Shown: in pieces, positions 25,509 to 35,287 of the stretch
Numbering within the stretch: the stretch's first letter is position 1
Layout of the letters: every line of letters starts with the position of its first letter
Virus record (IMG/VR): IMGVR_UViG_3300028844_003870
Length of the DNA stretch: 49,893 nt
Strand: one strand, 5' to 3'
DNA from: a virus
Notes under the pieces: model-generated
What the model was told of the DNA's origin: nothing
The model's input: the letters and a program-made list of their open reading frames with translations, nothing else
The model's database searches: none
Translations under genes and position numbers: made by a program

Positions 25509-26597
25509 ATGGCAATAAATAAAGCAGTTAGGTATGAAGGAAGATGGGAATCATCAAGCGATGAGTTTCCAATGGGAAAACCTAAAAACAGAACGGCAGA
25601 AGCAGCAAGAGACGGGACTTACTTTGAAAAAGATTGGCTAATTGACTATGAAGCTTTTTTTGGCGCGGTGATGAATGAAAATGGATCATCCCCAAATGGA
25701 GTTTCAGATACAGCGACCAACAGCCAAATATTCGAGGCTATGATTGCTCAAAATGAAGTTGTTAATATGCTATCTCCAAATCAAAACTTTAATGTTGTTG
25801 AGAATGACGGTGACATTCTACCATCATCAACACCAAGAACTTACACAGTTGGAAGCTCTATAGCAAAGGATAGGCTTGCTATTTATAACGACCTTGTGAA
25901 CGCCACATACATAAACGGCGTATTTAGCGCTGACTCTGGATCCTATTACGCGAGGTATAGAGGTGGAGATTTCAGAGATTACTTTTATGGGGTGAAATTA
26001 GAAGACGGAACAATAACTACAGATGGCGTGACAGTTGGTTACCTTTCAGGATCTAACATTACGATCGTTATCGTTGACGTTGCAGTGGTTGGCCCTCACA
26101 AGTTTACAGGCCTAAGCATGACAAGAGGTGTATGGCCAGACATATCAAACAATGAGTCTCTTAGATTAACAGGTTATGGTCAGGTTTTTGTTTCTGACCA
26201 AGGTGGAGAACTAACACAATCACTACCTCAAGTTCAAACAATCCTAAACAATGCTGTTGAAACTACTACCACAACATTGTACACGGGTACGCTTGCTTCT
26301 GGTGATTCTGCTTCATTATCAGAAAGCATAAGAAACTTTCACATGATATCGGTTGTACTTGGTGACAATAGCGAAGACAGCGACGTTAAAACCATGCCGA
26401 CGGCCGCTTTAAGCTCGAGCTTGGTTGTCAACAGTTATGTTGTTGATGCCAGTGAGGGTGATACTCAGGCAAGTCAATTTGCCTTTCCTGATAACACTAC
26501 TATTTCACTGTACAGAACATATAGAGATAATCGACTACAGCCAGACGGAAATACCAATCACGCTATAAGACGTGTGTACGGTGTGACCAGATTATAA
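25509..26597 (+). CDS. tail fibre / receptor-binding protein (putative)
   Basis: Last gene of the late block before the convergent terminator. Confidence 0.5.
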   Translation: MAINKAVRYEGRWESSSDEFPMGKPKNRTAEAARDGTYFEKDWLIDYEAFFGAVMNENGSSPNGVSDTATNSQIFEAMIAQNEVVNMLSPNQNFNVVENDGDILPSSTPRTYTVGSSIAKDRLAIYNDLVNATYINGVFSADSGSYYARYRGGDFRDYFYGVKLEDGTITTDGVTVGYLSGSNITIVIVDVAVVGPHKFTGLSMTRGVWPDISNNESLRLTGYGQVFVSDQGGELTQSLPQVQTILNNAVETTTTTLYTGTLASGDSASLSESIRNFHMISVVLGDNSEDSDVKTMPTAALSSSLVVNSYVVDASEGDTQASQFAFPDNTTISLYRTYRDNRLQPDGNTNHAIRRVYGVTRL

Positions 26598-26599
26598 AA

Positions 26600-26629
26600 A
26601 AAGGGAGCTTAATTGCTCCCTTACTTTTT
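26600..26629. terminator. bidirectional terminator at the late/early convergence
   Basis: AAGGGAGC-TTAATT-GCTCCCTT with flanking A/T runs. Confidence 0.75.
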
Positions 26630-27218
26630 AGTGTTGATCTCCTTCGTCTGCGTCTAGCGGTCGCGAGTCTGAAAGCCGTTTAAGTTGTTCTTGTGTTAAC
26701 GTGCCGGTTTGTTGGCATCGGTGTATAATCGCTTCCAATGTCATTTTTCCGCTTTCCATTGCGGATACCATTGAAGGCAGCGCGTTATTAAACTGCTCTT
26801 CTGGATATGCAGGGGATTGCATTGTTAAGTGTGCAACAGGGAAAGGTACACGCTTAGAACGGTTAATTGACAACGTCGCCTTAATTCCGCGCTCTGGAAT
26901 ATCTGACATTGCTCGAATGTGTATGCCGCCTACTTCTTTACCAGCATAAACAACAGTTGGCTCGTTGAATATTTGAACTGATTTACCAATCCAATTATCC
27001 GACTCTGCACCCCATCCTGCCGATAGTATACGAACCATTCCAGTGCTTACACGCCACGGACGACCTTCGCCACCATGATAGTGAACCCACACAGTTGGCT
27101 TTCCTGATTCATTGGTAATATTTACACTTGCAATAGTGATTACAGGCTCAACACCTAAAATATCCATTGCATTAAGCTGATTGCTCTTTGCTTGCATTGC
27201 TCCGCTTACATCTGCCAT
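26628..27218 (-). CDS. hypothetical protein with acidic C-terminal tail (possible ssDNA-binding/annealing partner of the exonuclease)
   Basis: 196 aa ending LDADEGDQH; start overlaps the exonuclease stop; function inferred from context only. Confidence 0.55.
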   Translation of the reverse strand: MADVSGAMQAKSNQLNAMDILGVEPVITIASVNITNESGKPTVWVHYHGGEGRPWRVSTGMVRILSAGWGAESDNWIGKSVQIFNEPTVVYAGKEVGGIHIRAMSDIPERGIKATLSINRSKRVPFPVAHLTMQSPAYPEEQFNNALPSMVSAMESGKMTLEAIIHRCQQTGTLTQEQLKRLSDSRPLDADEGDQH

Positions 27219-28081
27219 TATGATAACGCCTCTTCAAATTGATTTAGAACCCAGTTAGGGAGTGAAATAATTGTACTTTGATTATTGTTATGTGCCTTTA
27301 CATTGCCTTTTTTATACTCGAGTAGTGAAAGCATATCTATCTTAACTTCATCTGATGCTATTTTCTGTGATAGGTCGCACAGTTCATATACTTCTACAAC
27401 ATGTGGGTAAACATCTTCTACCGCTATAAATTTAAACACAGTTAAATCTTTACCAGTTATCGCTTTAAAACCCATTTTATAAATGCAATCTTGAACATGG
27501 TATCGATAATCCCAGATTGATTTAGAGAATTTGTAATCATCTGCGCCTTGTGTTTTTTTAAGATCAACGCCTACCCATTCATTACCAATAAATGCCAACT
27601 TATCGAATCGGACACGCATTTGCAATCCACTAATAGGGCATAAGAAAAACCCTGACACTTCAAAATAGCCCGGTGCAGTAAGCAATACATTCGCATCATG
27701 ATTATTATGCACCGCTGTTTGCATGCCTGATATTTTTTCGCAGTCGTCATTTGTGAATACTTTTCCTTCGCCAAGCGCTTTAGCAGCTTGTTTGTATTCT
27801 GGTTGGCGGCGATCTTTAACCTCTGGCAATAACATATACTCCTGAGCAAATAAATCAGGCTCTAAACAAGCCGCATGGATTGCACTGCCTAATTCCATTG
27901 GTCGAGTTTGCTTGCGTTGTTTTCTGTTAAAATATTTGTATGGGTTTTCATGGAAAACGTCGATACTTGATTTACTGTCGCCCTTTGATGCGTGGTACAC
28001 GTCATTAGGCATGTTTAAATAAAAGTATCCGTTTTCTATTTCAAGACCTTCTTCATATATTTTTAATGGTAAGTTGTTCAT
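27218..28081 (-). CDS. PD-(D/E)XK family exonuclease (RecB/Cas4-like fold)
   Basis: GSAIHAACLEPDLF, ...VGVDLKKTQ... (D..(D/E)xK core), YRYHVQ. Confidence 0.65.
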   Translation of the reverse strand: MNNLPLKIYEEGLEIENGYFYLNMPNDVYHASKGDSKSSIDVFHENPYKYFNRKQRKQTRPMELGSAIHAACLEPDLFAQEYMLLPEVKDRRQPEYKQAAKALGEGKVFTNDDCEKISGMQTAVHNNHDANVLLTAPGYFEVSGFFLCPISGLQMRVRFDKLAFIGNEWVGVDLKKTQGADDYKFSKSIWDYRYHVQDCIYKMGFKAITGKDLTVFKFIAVEDVYPHVVEVYELCDLSQKIASDEVKIDMLSLLEYKKGNVKAHNNNQSTIISLPNWVLNQFEEALS

Positions 28082-28083
28082 TA

Positions 28084-28323
28084 TTATTCATCCTTAATTA
28101 TTCTTGAAAATCTTATTGTATTGTAATCACCAAACATGTTTTTAATTGTAGTGTCTGCATTACCGCTTTTCATAGTTGCAAGCTCTAACATCGGAGCGTA
28201 ATAGTGCAAGTAAATTGCTATTTCTTCATTTGTAACTCTGGCTGGTGCTGTAAATGTGTGTAGAGCCATGCCAGCATAGTATTCAGTTACAGCTTTTGTT
28301 ACACCTATATCAAATATATTCAT
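28084..28323 (-). CDS. hypothetical protein (79 aa)
   Basis: ORF track; packed operon. Confidence 0.55.
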   Translation of the reverse strand: MNIFDIGVTKAVTEYYAGMALHTFTAPARVTNEEIAIYLHYYAPMLELATMKSGNADTTIKNMFGDYNTIRFSRIIKDE

Positions 28324-28805
28324 TTGTACTCCTTAACGTATTCAGTGAATGCTTGTTTAACTGCGTCTAATCCAAGTGCAACAATAGCAATGTTTCCGTG
28401 TTGCTGTTGTGATGAAAGTCTCAGTAATTGATCTTCAAAATGAAATTTCATCTTTTTGCTTGCTAAAGACTTCGCTATGTTCTTTCTCTTTAGCTCGCAT
28501 ATAAACGCAGGAGCGCCTTTTGATATTGGCAGGCACACAATGTCAGCTAAACCATCTAAACGCCCCTTAGCTTTCGATTTGGCGTGGTATGCGTAAGAGC
28601 TACCACCTTGCGGGTTAAACTCTGTTTCAGCATGAAATATTAAATTGTAATATTCTTTATGTTCATAACGAACCCATGCAAAGAAACTAGCCAAGTCTGT
28701 ATCTTCTTTGGGGCAATCGCCACGGTATTTAATATCGCCAACAATTTTAATGCGTAAATCTTCCGCTAACTCAATTGATGATTTTAGTGTTTTATTCTTC
28801 TGCAT
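28320..28805 (-). CDS. PD-(D/E)XK nuclease, VRR-NUC-like
   Basis: GLADIVCLPISKGAPAFICELKRKN fits the G-x-PD...E-x-K core; trimmed to the ATG after AGAGG. Confidence 0.5.
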   Translation of the reverse strand: MQKNKTLKSSIELAEDLRIKIVGDIKYRGDCPKEDTDLASFFAWVRYEHKEYYNLIFHAETEFNPQGGSSYAYHAKSKAKGRLDGLADIVCLPISKGAPAFICELKRKNIAKSLASKKMKFHFEDQLLRLSSQQQHGNIAIVALGLDAVKQAFTEYVKEYK

Positions 28806-29022
28806 ATTCAACCTCTACCCTGACCTCGTTAAAATCAAACCCACGCTCTTCTTTTATAGTTATATAGTCATGCTTATCAATTATCGACTGCATATGCTCC
28901 CTCATTTTTATTGCTATATTTACATTAAAATACGACTTGTAAACATATTCTAAAGATACTTCACCATGCATGGTTTCAACTAAGATTAAGTTGAACTTTA
29001 ATTTTTTATTTTTGTTATTCAT
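28792..29022 (-). CDS. hypothetical protein (76 aa)
   Basis: ORF track; AGGAG RBS. Confidence 0.55.
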   Translation of the reverse strand: MNNKNKKLKFNLILVETMHGEVSLEYVYKSYFNVNIAIKMREHMQSIIDKHDYITIKEERGFDFNEVRVEVEYAEE

Positions 29023-29024
29023 AA

Positions 29025-30863
29025 TTACTCCTGGAATAGTTTGCGGGCTAGAATATCAAAGCCTTTTGCGTTTACTCTGTGCGTCACTCGCAACGGTGTT
29101 CTAATGGCCCCTTTAAACTGCAGCGCTTGTTTTGCATCGTAACATTTTGTTAGGGCTTTTTTTGCTTCAGAGTCTAAACAGTGATCCTTTAAAAACTTAT
29201 TCCATGCGCCCCTAATCCATTTATCTTTTTTGCTAATGTTAAATATTTCTCTTGCTGTTTTTCCGTTCTGAAGTTTATAAGCAACTAAAATTTTATCTCC
29301 TGAATTGGTAACACCGAAGCTAAAGCCGCCAACAGGAATCAAATCATTTTCAGTATAATGTTGACCGTTTAAGTTTTCGCTGGGATCGTCTAACCATTCC
29401 AGGCAGTTTCTACAAACTTTAGATCTAGTGTCGTTTTTTGTGCCGCAACCTTTTGATGCAATCATGCCGTTTGGGGACACTCTATCTACACACTCTTTAA
29501 ATGAAAAAAAGTGGTCGCATCTATCGCCATTCGAAACCCTTCCTATACATCTTCTTGCGCTTAGGCTGTTTTCAGTTTGGCACTCAGGGCATTGCACCGT
29601 TGGCTTATCATAAGCTTTATCTTCACGCGCTCTACATTCATCTAAAATTGGGTTTTCATACAACTCCATCATTTCGTCTAAAGTGCCAGAGTAATCAAGA
29701 ACAAGATGATCATCTTTAACCATACCCCTTTGCTCATGAACTTCTTTTAGCAGCCTCATTCCTCGCCCCATCAATTGAACAAGAAGAGTTAGAGAGCCAA
29801 TTCTTCGTAACAAAACACTAGTGTCAATGCATGGCTCATCGTAACCCGTTGTGAGACATCCCACTTGCAATAGGTACTTTGCACTACCATCGCTAATAGC
29901 TTTTAGTGAGTCGTCGTTAATTTGCTTTGACTGACCAGAATGAACGATTACAGATTGTCCAGCGGGTAAAAATTTTGCTACTTCTTTGCAGTGTTTGACC
30001 CCTGAGCACGTGAACATAACTGAGTTTCTATTGGCAGAAAGACGGACGACCTCGTCGCATATGCGCTGTAGCTTTGGAGTGTCTGCAACCATATCGCGCT
30101 CCATTCTTGATAGCTCTGCTTTCGTGTAGTCAGCAGTACCATTTTCAGACTTGATGCCGTATTTAGATAGATCGTAATCAAGGCTTTTATCATGACCAAC
30201 TTGCGCTCCGTAAATAGTTGGAACCAAAAAACCCATCCCCACTAAGGTAGCAGTGTCAATTGTATAAAGGCACTCTTTCCACATATCACCCATAATTGAT
30301 GTCGTGTGGCGGTATGGACTGCCTGTAAATCCCAGCAAAACTATTCTATGACCATATTTTTCAACGCAACGTCGGTTAAGCTCTATCAATATTTGCATGT
30401 ATTGAGCTTCGTCGTTATCAACCGGTATTTGGTGGCATTCGTCCGCAAGTATTGCACGTGGTGTGTAACTGTCCCAAGCAGTGCCGTTTATTGCTCTTGC
30501 CGCTGTAGCTTCGTTTGAGACTATAACGCCTACATCTTTATAAGTCATAGCCTTACTATAAGCAGCCGAATATATGCTGTTTTTTATTCTCATATCCCAA
30601 AAAGTTTTGCTATTTTGCTCAACCAGCTTTAGATCCCTAGCAATACAAAGTACTGGCCAACCCATTTTCACAAAACGGTCTAATATCGCGCCCATAACAG
30701 GCGTCTTTCCTGCTCCCACAGATGCTTCAACATAGGCACCAATAAGTTTATCTTTCTTTTCCGCCTTGAATCTAGACAAGGTTCTTATGTGATTTGCAAC
30801 TGAATCGTAACACTCAGCTTGATAAGGTCTTAACTCGTAACTTCCGTATTTATAATCGTTCAT
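29025..30863 (-). CDS. SF2 DEAD/DEAH-type helicase with C-terminal zinc-ribbon region
   Basis: SVGAGKTPV (Walker A), LADECHQ (motif II), TGYDEP...QLMGRGMR (motifs V/VI), CPECQ...C..C and C..C..C clusters. Trimmed to the ATG after GAGG. Confidence 0.85.
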   Translation of the reverse strand: MNDYKYGSYELRPYQAECYDSVANHIRTLSRFKAEKKDKLIGAYVEASVGAGKTPVMGAILDRFVKMGWPVLCIARDLKLVEQNSKTFWDMRIKNSIYSAAYSKAMTYKDVGVIVSNEATAARAINGTAWDSYTPRAILADECHQIPVDNDEAQYMQILIELNRRCVEKYGHRIVLLGFTGSPYRHTTSIMGDMWKECLYTIDTATLVGMGFLVPTIYGAQVGHDKSLDYDLSKYGIKSENGTADYTKAELSRMERDMVADTPKLQRICDEVVRLSANRNSVMFTCSGVKHCKEVAKFLPAGQSVIVHSGQSKQINDDSLKAISDGSAKYLLQVGCLTTGYDEPCIDTSVLLRRIGSLTLLVQLMGRGMRLLKEVHEQRGMVKDDHLVLDYSGTLDEMMELYENPILDECRAREDKAYDKPTVQCPECQTENSLSARRCIGRVSNGDRCDHFFSFKECVDRVSPNGMIASKGCGTKNDTRSKVCRNCLEWLDDPSENLNGQHYTENDLIPVGGFSFGVTNSGDKILVAYKLQNGKTAREIFNISKKDKWIRGAWNKFLKDHCLDSEAKKALTKCYDAKQALQFKGAIRTPLRVTHRVNAKGFDILARKLFQE

Positions 30864-31113
30864 CAGAAACCTCAAATATTTCACGAAGTATAGGCAACTC
30901 CTCGATTAGCTCATTAGACGTTTTTCCTAATAAGTCAGCCACATATTTAATTTCATTTTTTAGTGATTCAACACCGCGACCACTTAGGCAAGTAAAATGC
31001 GAATGAAAAATACCAAATCCACCTTCCTTGCTCCCTAATTGACAAACTGGCTCTTCACGCATCTCTAATTTTTTAGCGGCTGAAACCATATTTCTATAAG
31101 TAAATTCTTTCAT
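30850..31113 (-). CDS. hypothetical protein (87 aa)
   Basis: ORF track; GAGAGG RBS. Confidence 0.55.
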   Translation of the reverse strand: MKEFTYRNMVSAAKKLEMREEPVCQLGSKEGGFGIFHSHFTCLSGRGVESLKNEIKYVADLLGKTSNELIEELPILREIFEVSDERL

Positions 31114-31152
31114 TTTGCGCCTCTCATTTGTTAAGTTACGCTTACAATACCC

Positions 31153-32028
31153 TTATGCGTTACGCATTGCAACTATTTCACCAGGTAAATATATTTTTTT
31201 TCTAACTTTGTTTGTTTTTGAGTCGAATATCATTTGATTTAGATTAAGTGAATCTGCCTCTTCTGCTTCTGATTTGTTACTAACAATAACCAGCGCATCG
31301 GCAAATAAATTGGCAATGTCACAAATATTTTCTTCTTCCCATACGCAAAGCACTTGTTTTCCTGTAAATACGTGTGATTTAGATGCCACAAGAGGCGATA
31401 CAGTTAAATATGTATGATTACCCTTATCTGAGCCAAAAACGCTGTACAGGCCGTTTTGAATGATTGTGTTTCCATTGGTTGTTTCCCATCTACCATTAAT
31501 ATTGATCAAAGCAATGTCTGATTCTTTTCCATGTTCATTGATCAAAGGTATAGATGCCTTGTTTTGATAAGAATACATGTTAATCATTTGCAATCCGTTG
31601 ATGCGTTGCCACGAATTAACAACCTGTTCAGACTCGTTTTTTATCTTCTGATATTGATCTATATCAAACTTGTACCATTTTGAAAAAGTCGCTTTAACTT
31701 CAAAATCTCGTTTTATGACTTGCATTTGCTCTACTGGTATTTGACCTAAATGGTCTCCAACTGCGTTAATGGCTTCATTAAACCCTAACCCTGTACACTC
31801 CATTAGCATGTTTATACCGCTACGACTTCCGCAATTATTACAAAAGAACGGGGCTTCAAGACCTGCCGGTTGGTCTCGATATCTAAATCTAGTTTTCCCA
31901 CCACATACAGGGCAAGGATGTTCTTTTTTAGGGTTGAATATACTTGCATCAAGACTGGTCATTTGCAAAAGTATATTAACCCACATAGGAGCGGCGGCAG
32001 GTAATACGTCATCTTTGTTATGGATCAT
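31153..32028 (-). CDS. DNA primase (zinc-ribbon plus TOPRIM-like)
   Basis: CPVCGGKTRFRYRD...FFCNNCGSRSGINMLMECTGLGFNEAINAV matches the primase-helicase zinc-binding domain. Trimmed to the ATG after GAGGGG. Confidence 0.7.
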   Translation of the reverse strand: MIHNKDDVLPAAAPMWVNILLQMTSLDASIFNPKKEHPCPVCGGKTRFRYRDQPAGLEAPFFCNNCGSRSGINMLMECTGLGFNEAINAVGDHLGQIPVEQMQVIKRDFEVKATFSKWYKFDIDQYQKIKNESEQVVNSWQRINGLQMINMYSYQNKASIPLINEHGKESDIALININGRWETTNGNTIIQNGLYSVFGSDKGNHTYLTVSPLVASKSHVFTGKQVLCVWEEENICDIANLFADALVIVSNKSEAEEADSLNLNQMIFDSKTNKVRKKIYLPGEIVAMRNA

Positions 32029-32030
32029 AA

Positions 32031-32249
32031 CTACCCCTCGATAATTGACCACCAGTTTAATAATTCTTCTTCGGTGCAATCGGTGTCGTATAAGCATTCA
32101 ACAACATCACCATCAACACCATAATGCACGAATAACAAGCAAGACCTATCTGTTAAGCTAACCGATGATTGAATTCCTTTTCTTGCAAGCAAAACAGCAA
32201 TGCGAGACATCATGATAAATTTGTTTTCTAGTTCTGACATGTTAGTCAT
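32031..32249 (-). CDS. hypothetical protein
   Basis: ORF-track 32031-32288 trimmed to the ATG after AAAGGAA. Confidence 0.5.
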   Translation of the reverse strand: MTNMSELENKFIMMSRIAVLLARKGIQSSVSLTDRSCLLFVHYGVDGDVVECLYDTDCTEEELLNWWSIIEG

Positions 32250-32349
32250 GGTAATTCCTTTAAGTGGGTTTGTTTTAGATAGGTACATTAAACCCCATTA
32301 CAAAAATAATATCTGTGATGGGGTTCATGGTTTTGTGATTAGATAAAGG

Positions 32350-32922
32350 TTACTGGTTTAATTTTATTTCAATAGAGTTAGGGGCCTCATTTCCGAAAAC
32401 GTCCCAACCCTCCGAAGCATTTCTGGCGAACATTTCAAGCCTTGGGATGTCTCCGAATAAGCTTTCTATTCTAGTCATCACTTCTTTTGGCTTTCTGCTG
32501 TGCTTTGTTCTTTCTGCAATAACGAGTGACTCTATATTATTCGCTAACTTGTATTTTGACATCGCCCCTTTTGTAGCAAGAATGCAAACTTCACTGCTTT
32601 TCATTGTCCATGGGGCAACGTTTTTGCAATAATTCCCCTTGCTTGTGGTTTTAACCCAGTTGAAGGCAATTGTTTTGAACTTAAATCCCCACGCACTAAC
32701 TAACTCTAGCGCATCTGGAAGGTGTGAGTCGGTCACCCACATGAACAAAGCGCAGTCATCGTCGCTTATGGACTTAATGTCCATCATGGCAAGGTCTTTT
32801 GTTTTTGTTGTCATGTATTGCTCCGATAAGCTTTTAATCTCGTTTCCTTTAGAATTGTTAACTGCAGACTTACTTCCATAGTGCCATGGTGGATCAGCGT
32901 AAATTACTTTGTATTTTTTCAT
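32350..32922 (-). CDS. MT-A70-family DNA N6-adenine methyltransferase
   Basis: KVIYADPPWHYGS (DPPW catalytic motif) at the N-terminus; 190 aa. Confidence 0.85.
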   Translation of the reverse strand: MKKYKVIYADPPWHYGSKSAVNNSKGNEIKSLSEQYMTTKTKDLAMMDIKSISDDDCALFMWVTDSHLPDALELVSAWGFKFKTIAFNWVKTTSKGNYCKNVAPWTMKSSEVCILATKGAMSKYKLANNIESLVIAERTKHSRKPKEVMTRIESLFGDIPRLEMFARNASEGWDVFGNEAPNSIEIKLNQ

Positions 32923-32946
32923 TTTATTTTTTCCTTTTATTTAAAA

Positions 32947-34428
32947 TTAAAGTGCTCTATAAGTCACTTCTTTACGGTTGTTTAAAATTATCACGCTACC
33001 TTTGATAACGAGGCGGTCAACTGATTGTTGTATCTTGGCCTGAGCCTCACCACGCTCTCGGTAATAGCTGAATGGGTTGTCTTTAGTAACACGCTTAACG
33101 TTTCGTTTTAGTTGCTCATTTGTTTGGTCTCTGTGCTTGGTAATGTAATCAACAATAAAGTCATCTTCTACCTCGTCTCCGTATGTAGCATTGTCACCAG
33201 CTAAACTATCTACACCTTCAAATAGTGATTCAGCTATTTTGCATGCAATAGTTACTGCCTCGGAACTAATCACATTAGGAATTGCACCATTCATGCTTGC
33301 ATCTGATACGTGTATTGTTGCTGCAATACGCATAATTTGCATATCTATTTTTTGGAATAGAGAGCTTTTAAATGAGTTAGGCGTATTTTCACTCATGCGA
33401 TGGTAACGCAATTGCTCAGCGTGAATTTTTAGCCAGCCAAATTCTGATATTTTTAAGCGTGTTAAGTTGTGAAATTCCATGCTATGGCTTTCGTTCATCT
33501 GGCGGCGCATTGTTGCCATTCTTCGCATCATGGTTGCAAACTGGTCTGTGTATGGTGTTTCTACTTTCTTGCGAACTGTTCCTCCGATCAACTCGTCATA
33601 TGCTGACTCATCATTTGACACGATTATTTCACTAATTTGCTCGTTTGTTAGGTGTTTAAGTGGGCTATATTCACTTTTGTTTATTTTATCTTCCTTTAGC
33701 ATAAGAAAACGTTCAGCCATACCAGAACCATTTGCAGAGTTTAAAACGCTGCTTATTGTTCCTGCTTGAGACAAACAAAACACGCCGCCAAATGGATAGC
33801 CTGAGAATGTAACACGCTTGTCATTCGCACGGGCTGACTCAAAGTGTTCCGCATTAAATGCGCTGTTGATTAATCCTGGCACTGCTTTACCGTCACTGTA
33901 TAAACCGCCTAACAACGTGTCAGTAAGGTTTTGCTCAGTACTTAAAGCAATAAAGCACCCATCACTCATTGCAGCCTTACCTTCTAATCCTTGAGGCGTA
34001 GTGTCACTTACATTTGTTGGCAGTAATGAATAATTATTTGCTGCGGCCTCTTCATTTTCCGAAACTATTTCACCTTTTTTAACGCGCATTGTGATGTTTG
34101 TTGTTGCATCTTTCTTTAGCTTTGCAATTTCTTTGTTAATCTTTACCGCTTCAAAAGTGTATCCGTCATATAATCGACGAATCAACGGGCTTTTACCTGA
34201 TCCGGCAGGTTGTTCAGATAATCCGTAAAGCTGAATAGGTAGAATGCCTCCGTCACGATATGCAACAGAAAAAACCGTGCCAATTGCATGGCTAGCAGCT
34301 ACCAATGCAGATAAAGCAGACGTCTCTGGTGGAAAAATAATTACTTCTGATAATTCTCTAGCAGTTAACCCGATCAATGTTTTCTTAAGGTGCGGCGTTA
34401 TGTATGATGATGATTTGAATTCAGCCAT
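32947..34428 (-). CDS. P-loop helicase-like replication protein (DUF3987-like)
   Basis: EQPAGSGKSPL Walker A; size and neighbourhood with the primase resemble split P4-alpha/D5-type primase-helicases. Confidence 0.55.
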   Translation of the reverse strand: MAEFKSSSYITPHLKKTLIGLTARELSEVIIFPPETSALSALVAASHAIGTVFSVAYRDGGILPIQLYGLSEQPAGSGKSPLIRRLYDGYTFEAVKINKEIAKLKKDATTNITMRVKKGEIVSENEEAAANNYSLLPTNVSDTTPQGLEGKAAMSDGCFIALSTEQNLTDTLLGGLYSDGKAVPGLINSAFNAEHFESARANDKRVTFSGYPFGGVFCLSQAGTISSVLNSANGSGMAERFLMLKEDKINKSEYSPLKHLTNEQISEIIVSNDESAYDELIGGTVRKKVETPYTDQFATMMRRMATMRRQMNESHSMEFHNLTRLKISEFGWLKIHAEQLRYHRMSENTPNSFKSSLFQKIDMQIMRIAATIHVSDASMNGAIPNVISSEAVTIACKIAESLFEGVDSLAGDNATYGDEVEDDFIVDYITKHRDQTNEQLKRNVKRVTKDNPFSYYRERGEAQAKIQQSVDRLVIKGSVIILNNRKEVTYRAL

Positions 34429-34477
34429 TACTGGTCCCTTTTGTTTTTAATGGCTACATTGTGCCACGATTGGAAAA

Positions 34478-34627
34478 TTATTTTGTGATGGATATCGAAG
34501 TTTTTCTTTTTTTAACTGGAGCATAAATAACACCATCAACCAAAATAGCGCCTCGCTTGATTAAATCCGCTACTGTATTGCGGTGAAACCCTAGTGCTTC
34601 ACCTTTTTGTTTTGTTAGTTTTTGCAT
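34478..34627 (-). CDS. small HTH protein (AlpA/excisionase-like fold, 49 aa)
   Basis: Hand-translated MQKLTKQKGEALGFHRNTVADLIKRGAILVDGVIYAPVKKRKTSISITK. Confidence 0.45.
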   Translation of the reverse strand: MQKLTKQKGEALGFHRNTVADLIKRGAILVDGVIYAPVKKRKTSISITK

Positions 34628-34632
34628 GAGAT

Positions 34633-34866
34633 TTATTTTTTACCTCTATCTAATATTAATTGCATTTCCTTTGCTGAAACCCTAGTGCCGTCTAACTTTA
34701 AGTATGTTGCAGCGGTGTTTATGTAAACCTCAAGAGGAAAACTCTTTTTGTAGCCATCCATGTTCTTTAGGAATACGTGCACAGTAGTTGTGATTTCACG
34801 GCAATTAAGCGCTTCTCGTGTTAACTTTACAGCCTTCACTATATTCTTTATGTTAGATTCTCTCAT
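34633..34866 (-). CDS. hypothetical protein (77 aa)
   Basis: ORF track. Confidence 0.55.
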   Translation of the reverse strand: MRESNIKNIVKAVKLTREALNCREITTTVHVFLKNMDGYKKSFPLEVYINTAATYLKLDGTRVSAKEMQLILDRGKK

Positions 34867-34922
34867 GGTTTTTATCCTTTTATTGGTTTGGGCTTATCCC
34901 TTAACCTTGAAACCGAGTATAC

Positions 34923-34955
34923 GCACTTAATTAAGTAATGCAACTAATTAAGTGC
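34923..34955. promoter_or_regulatory. 33-bp palindrome (11-bp perfect arms)
   Basis: GCACTTAATTA-N11-TAATTAAGTGC between two minus-strand genes; on the minus strand it lies directly upstream of a TATACT -10-like hexamer. Confidence 0.5.
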
Positions 34956-34963
34956 AAATTATT

Positions 34964-35287
34964 TTATTTATTTCCAATATATCTGATTTCAACAGAAACT
35001 CCACGCTCTTCTGCTCGCTTTATTCCGTACTCCATGCCACTTGTGATACCACGGTCAGCATAAACAACTGAACCATGAGACACTTCGCGCCACGCTAAAC
35101 CAGCATCGATGCCCATTTTGCGCTCTAGTGGGTTTTCATCGTCTAATATTCCTTCTTGCGTGTAAAGCAAATGACTCGCAATTGGTGACTCACCTCTCAA
35201 TAAACTGTCTTTTACGCATTTACGGGCGTATTTGATGTTTGCTTCTACGTCACCCGCAAATGGGCTTTCCAATATTACTAGTTTCAT
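34964..35287 (-). CDS. small Rossmann-like protein (nucleoside 2-deoxyribosyltransferase-like? unverified)
   Basis: MKLVILESPFAGD...SPIASHLLY pattern; AAGGAG RBS. Confidence 0.55.
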   Translation of the reverse strand: MKLVILESPFAGDVEANIKYARKCVKDSLLRGESPIASHLLYTQEGILDDENPLERKMGIDAGLAWREVSHGSVVYADRGITSGMEYGIKRAEERGVSVEIRYIGNK

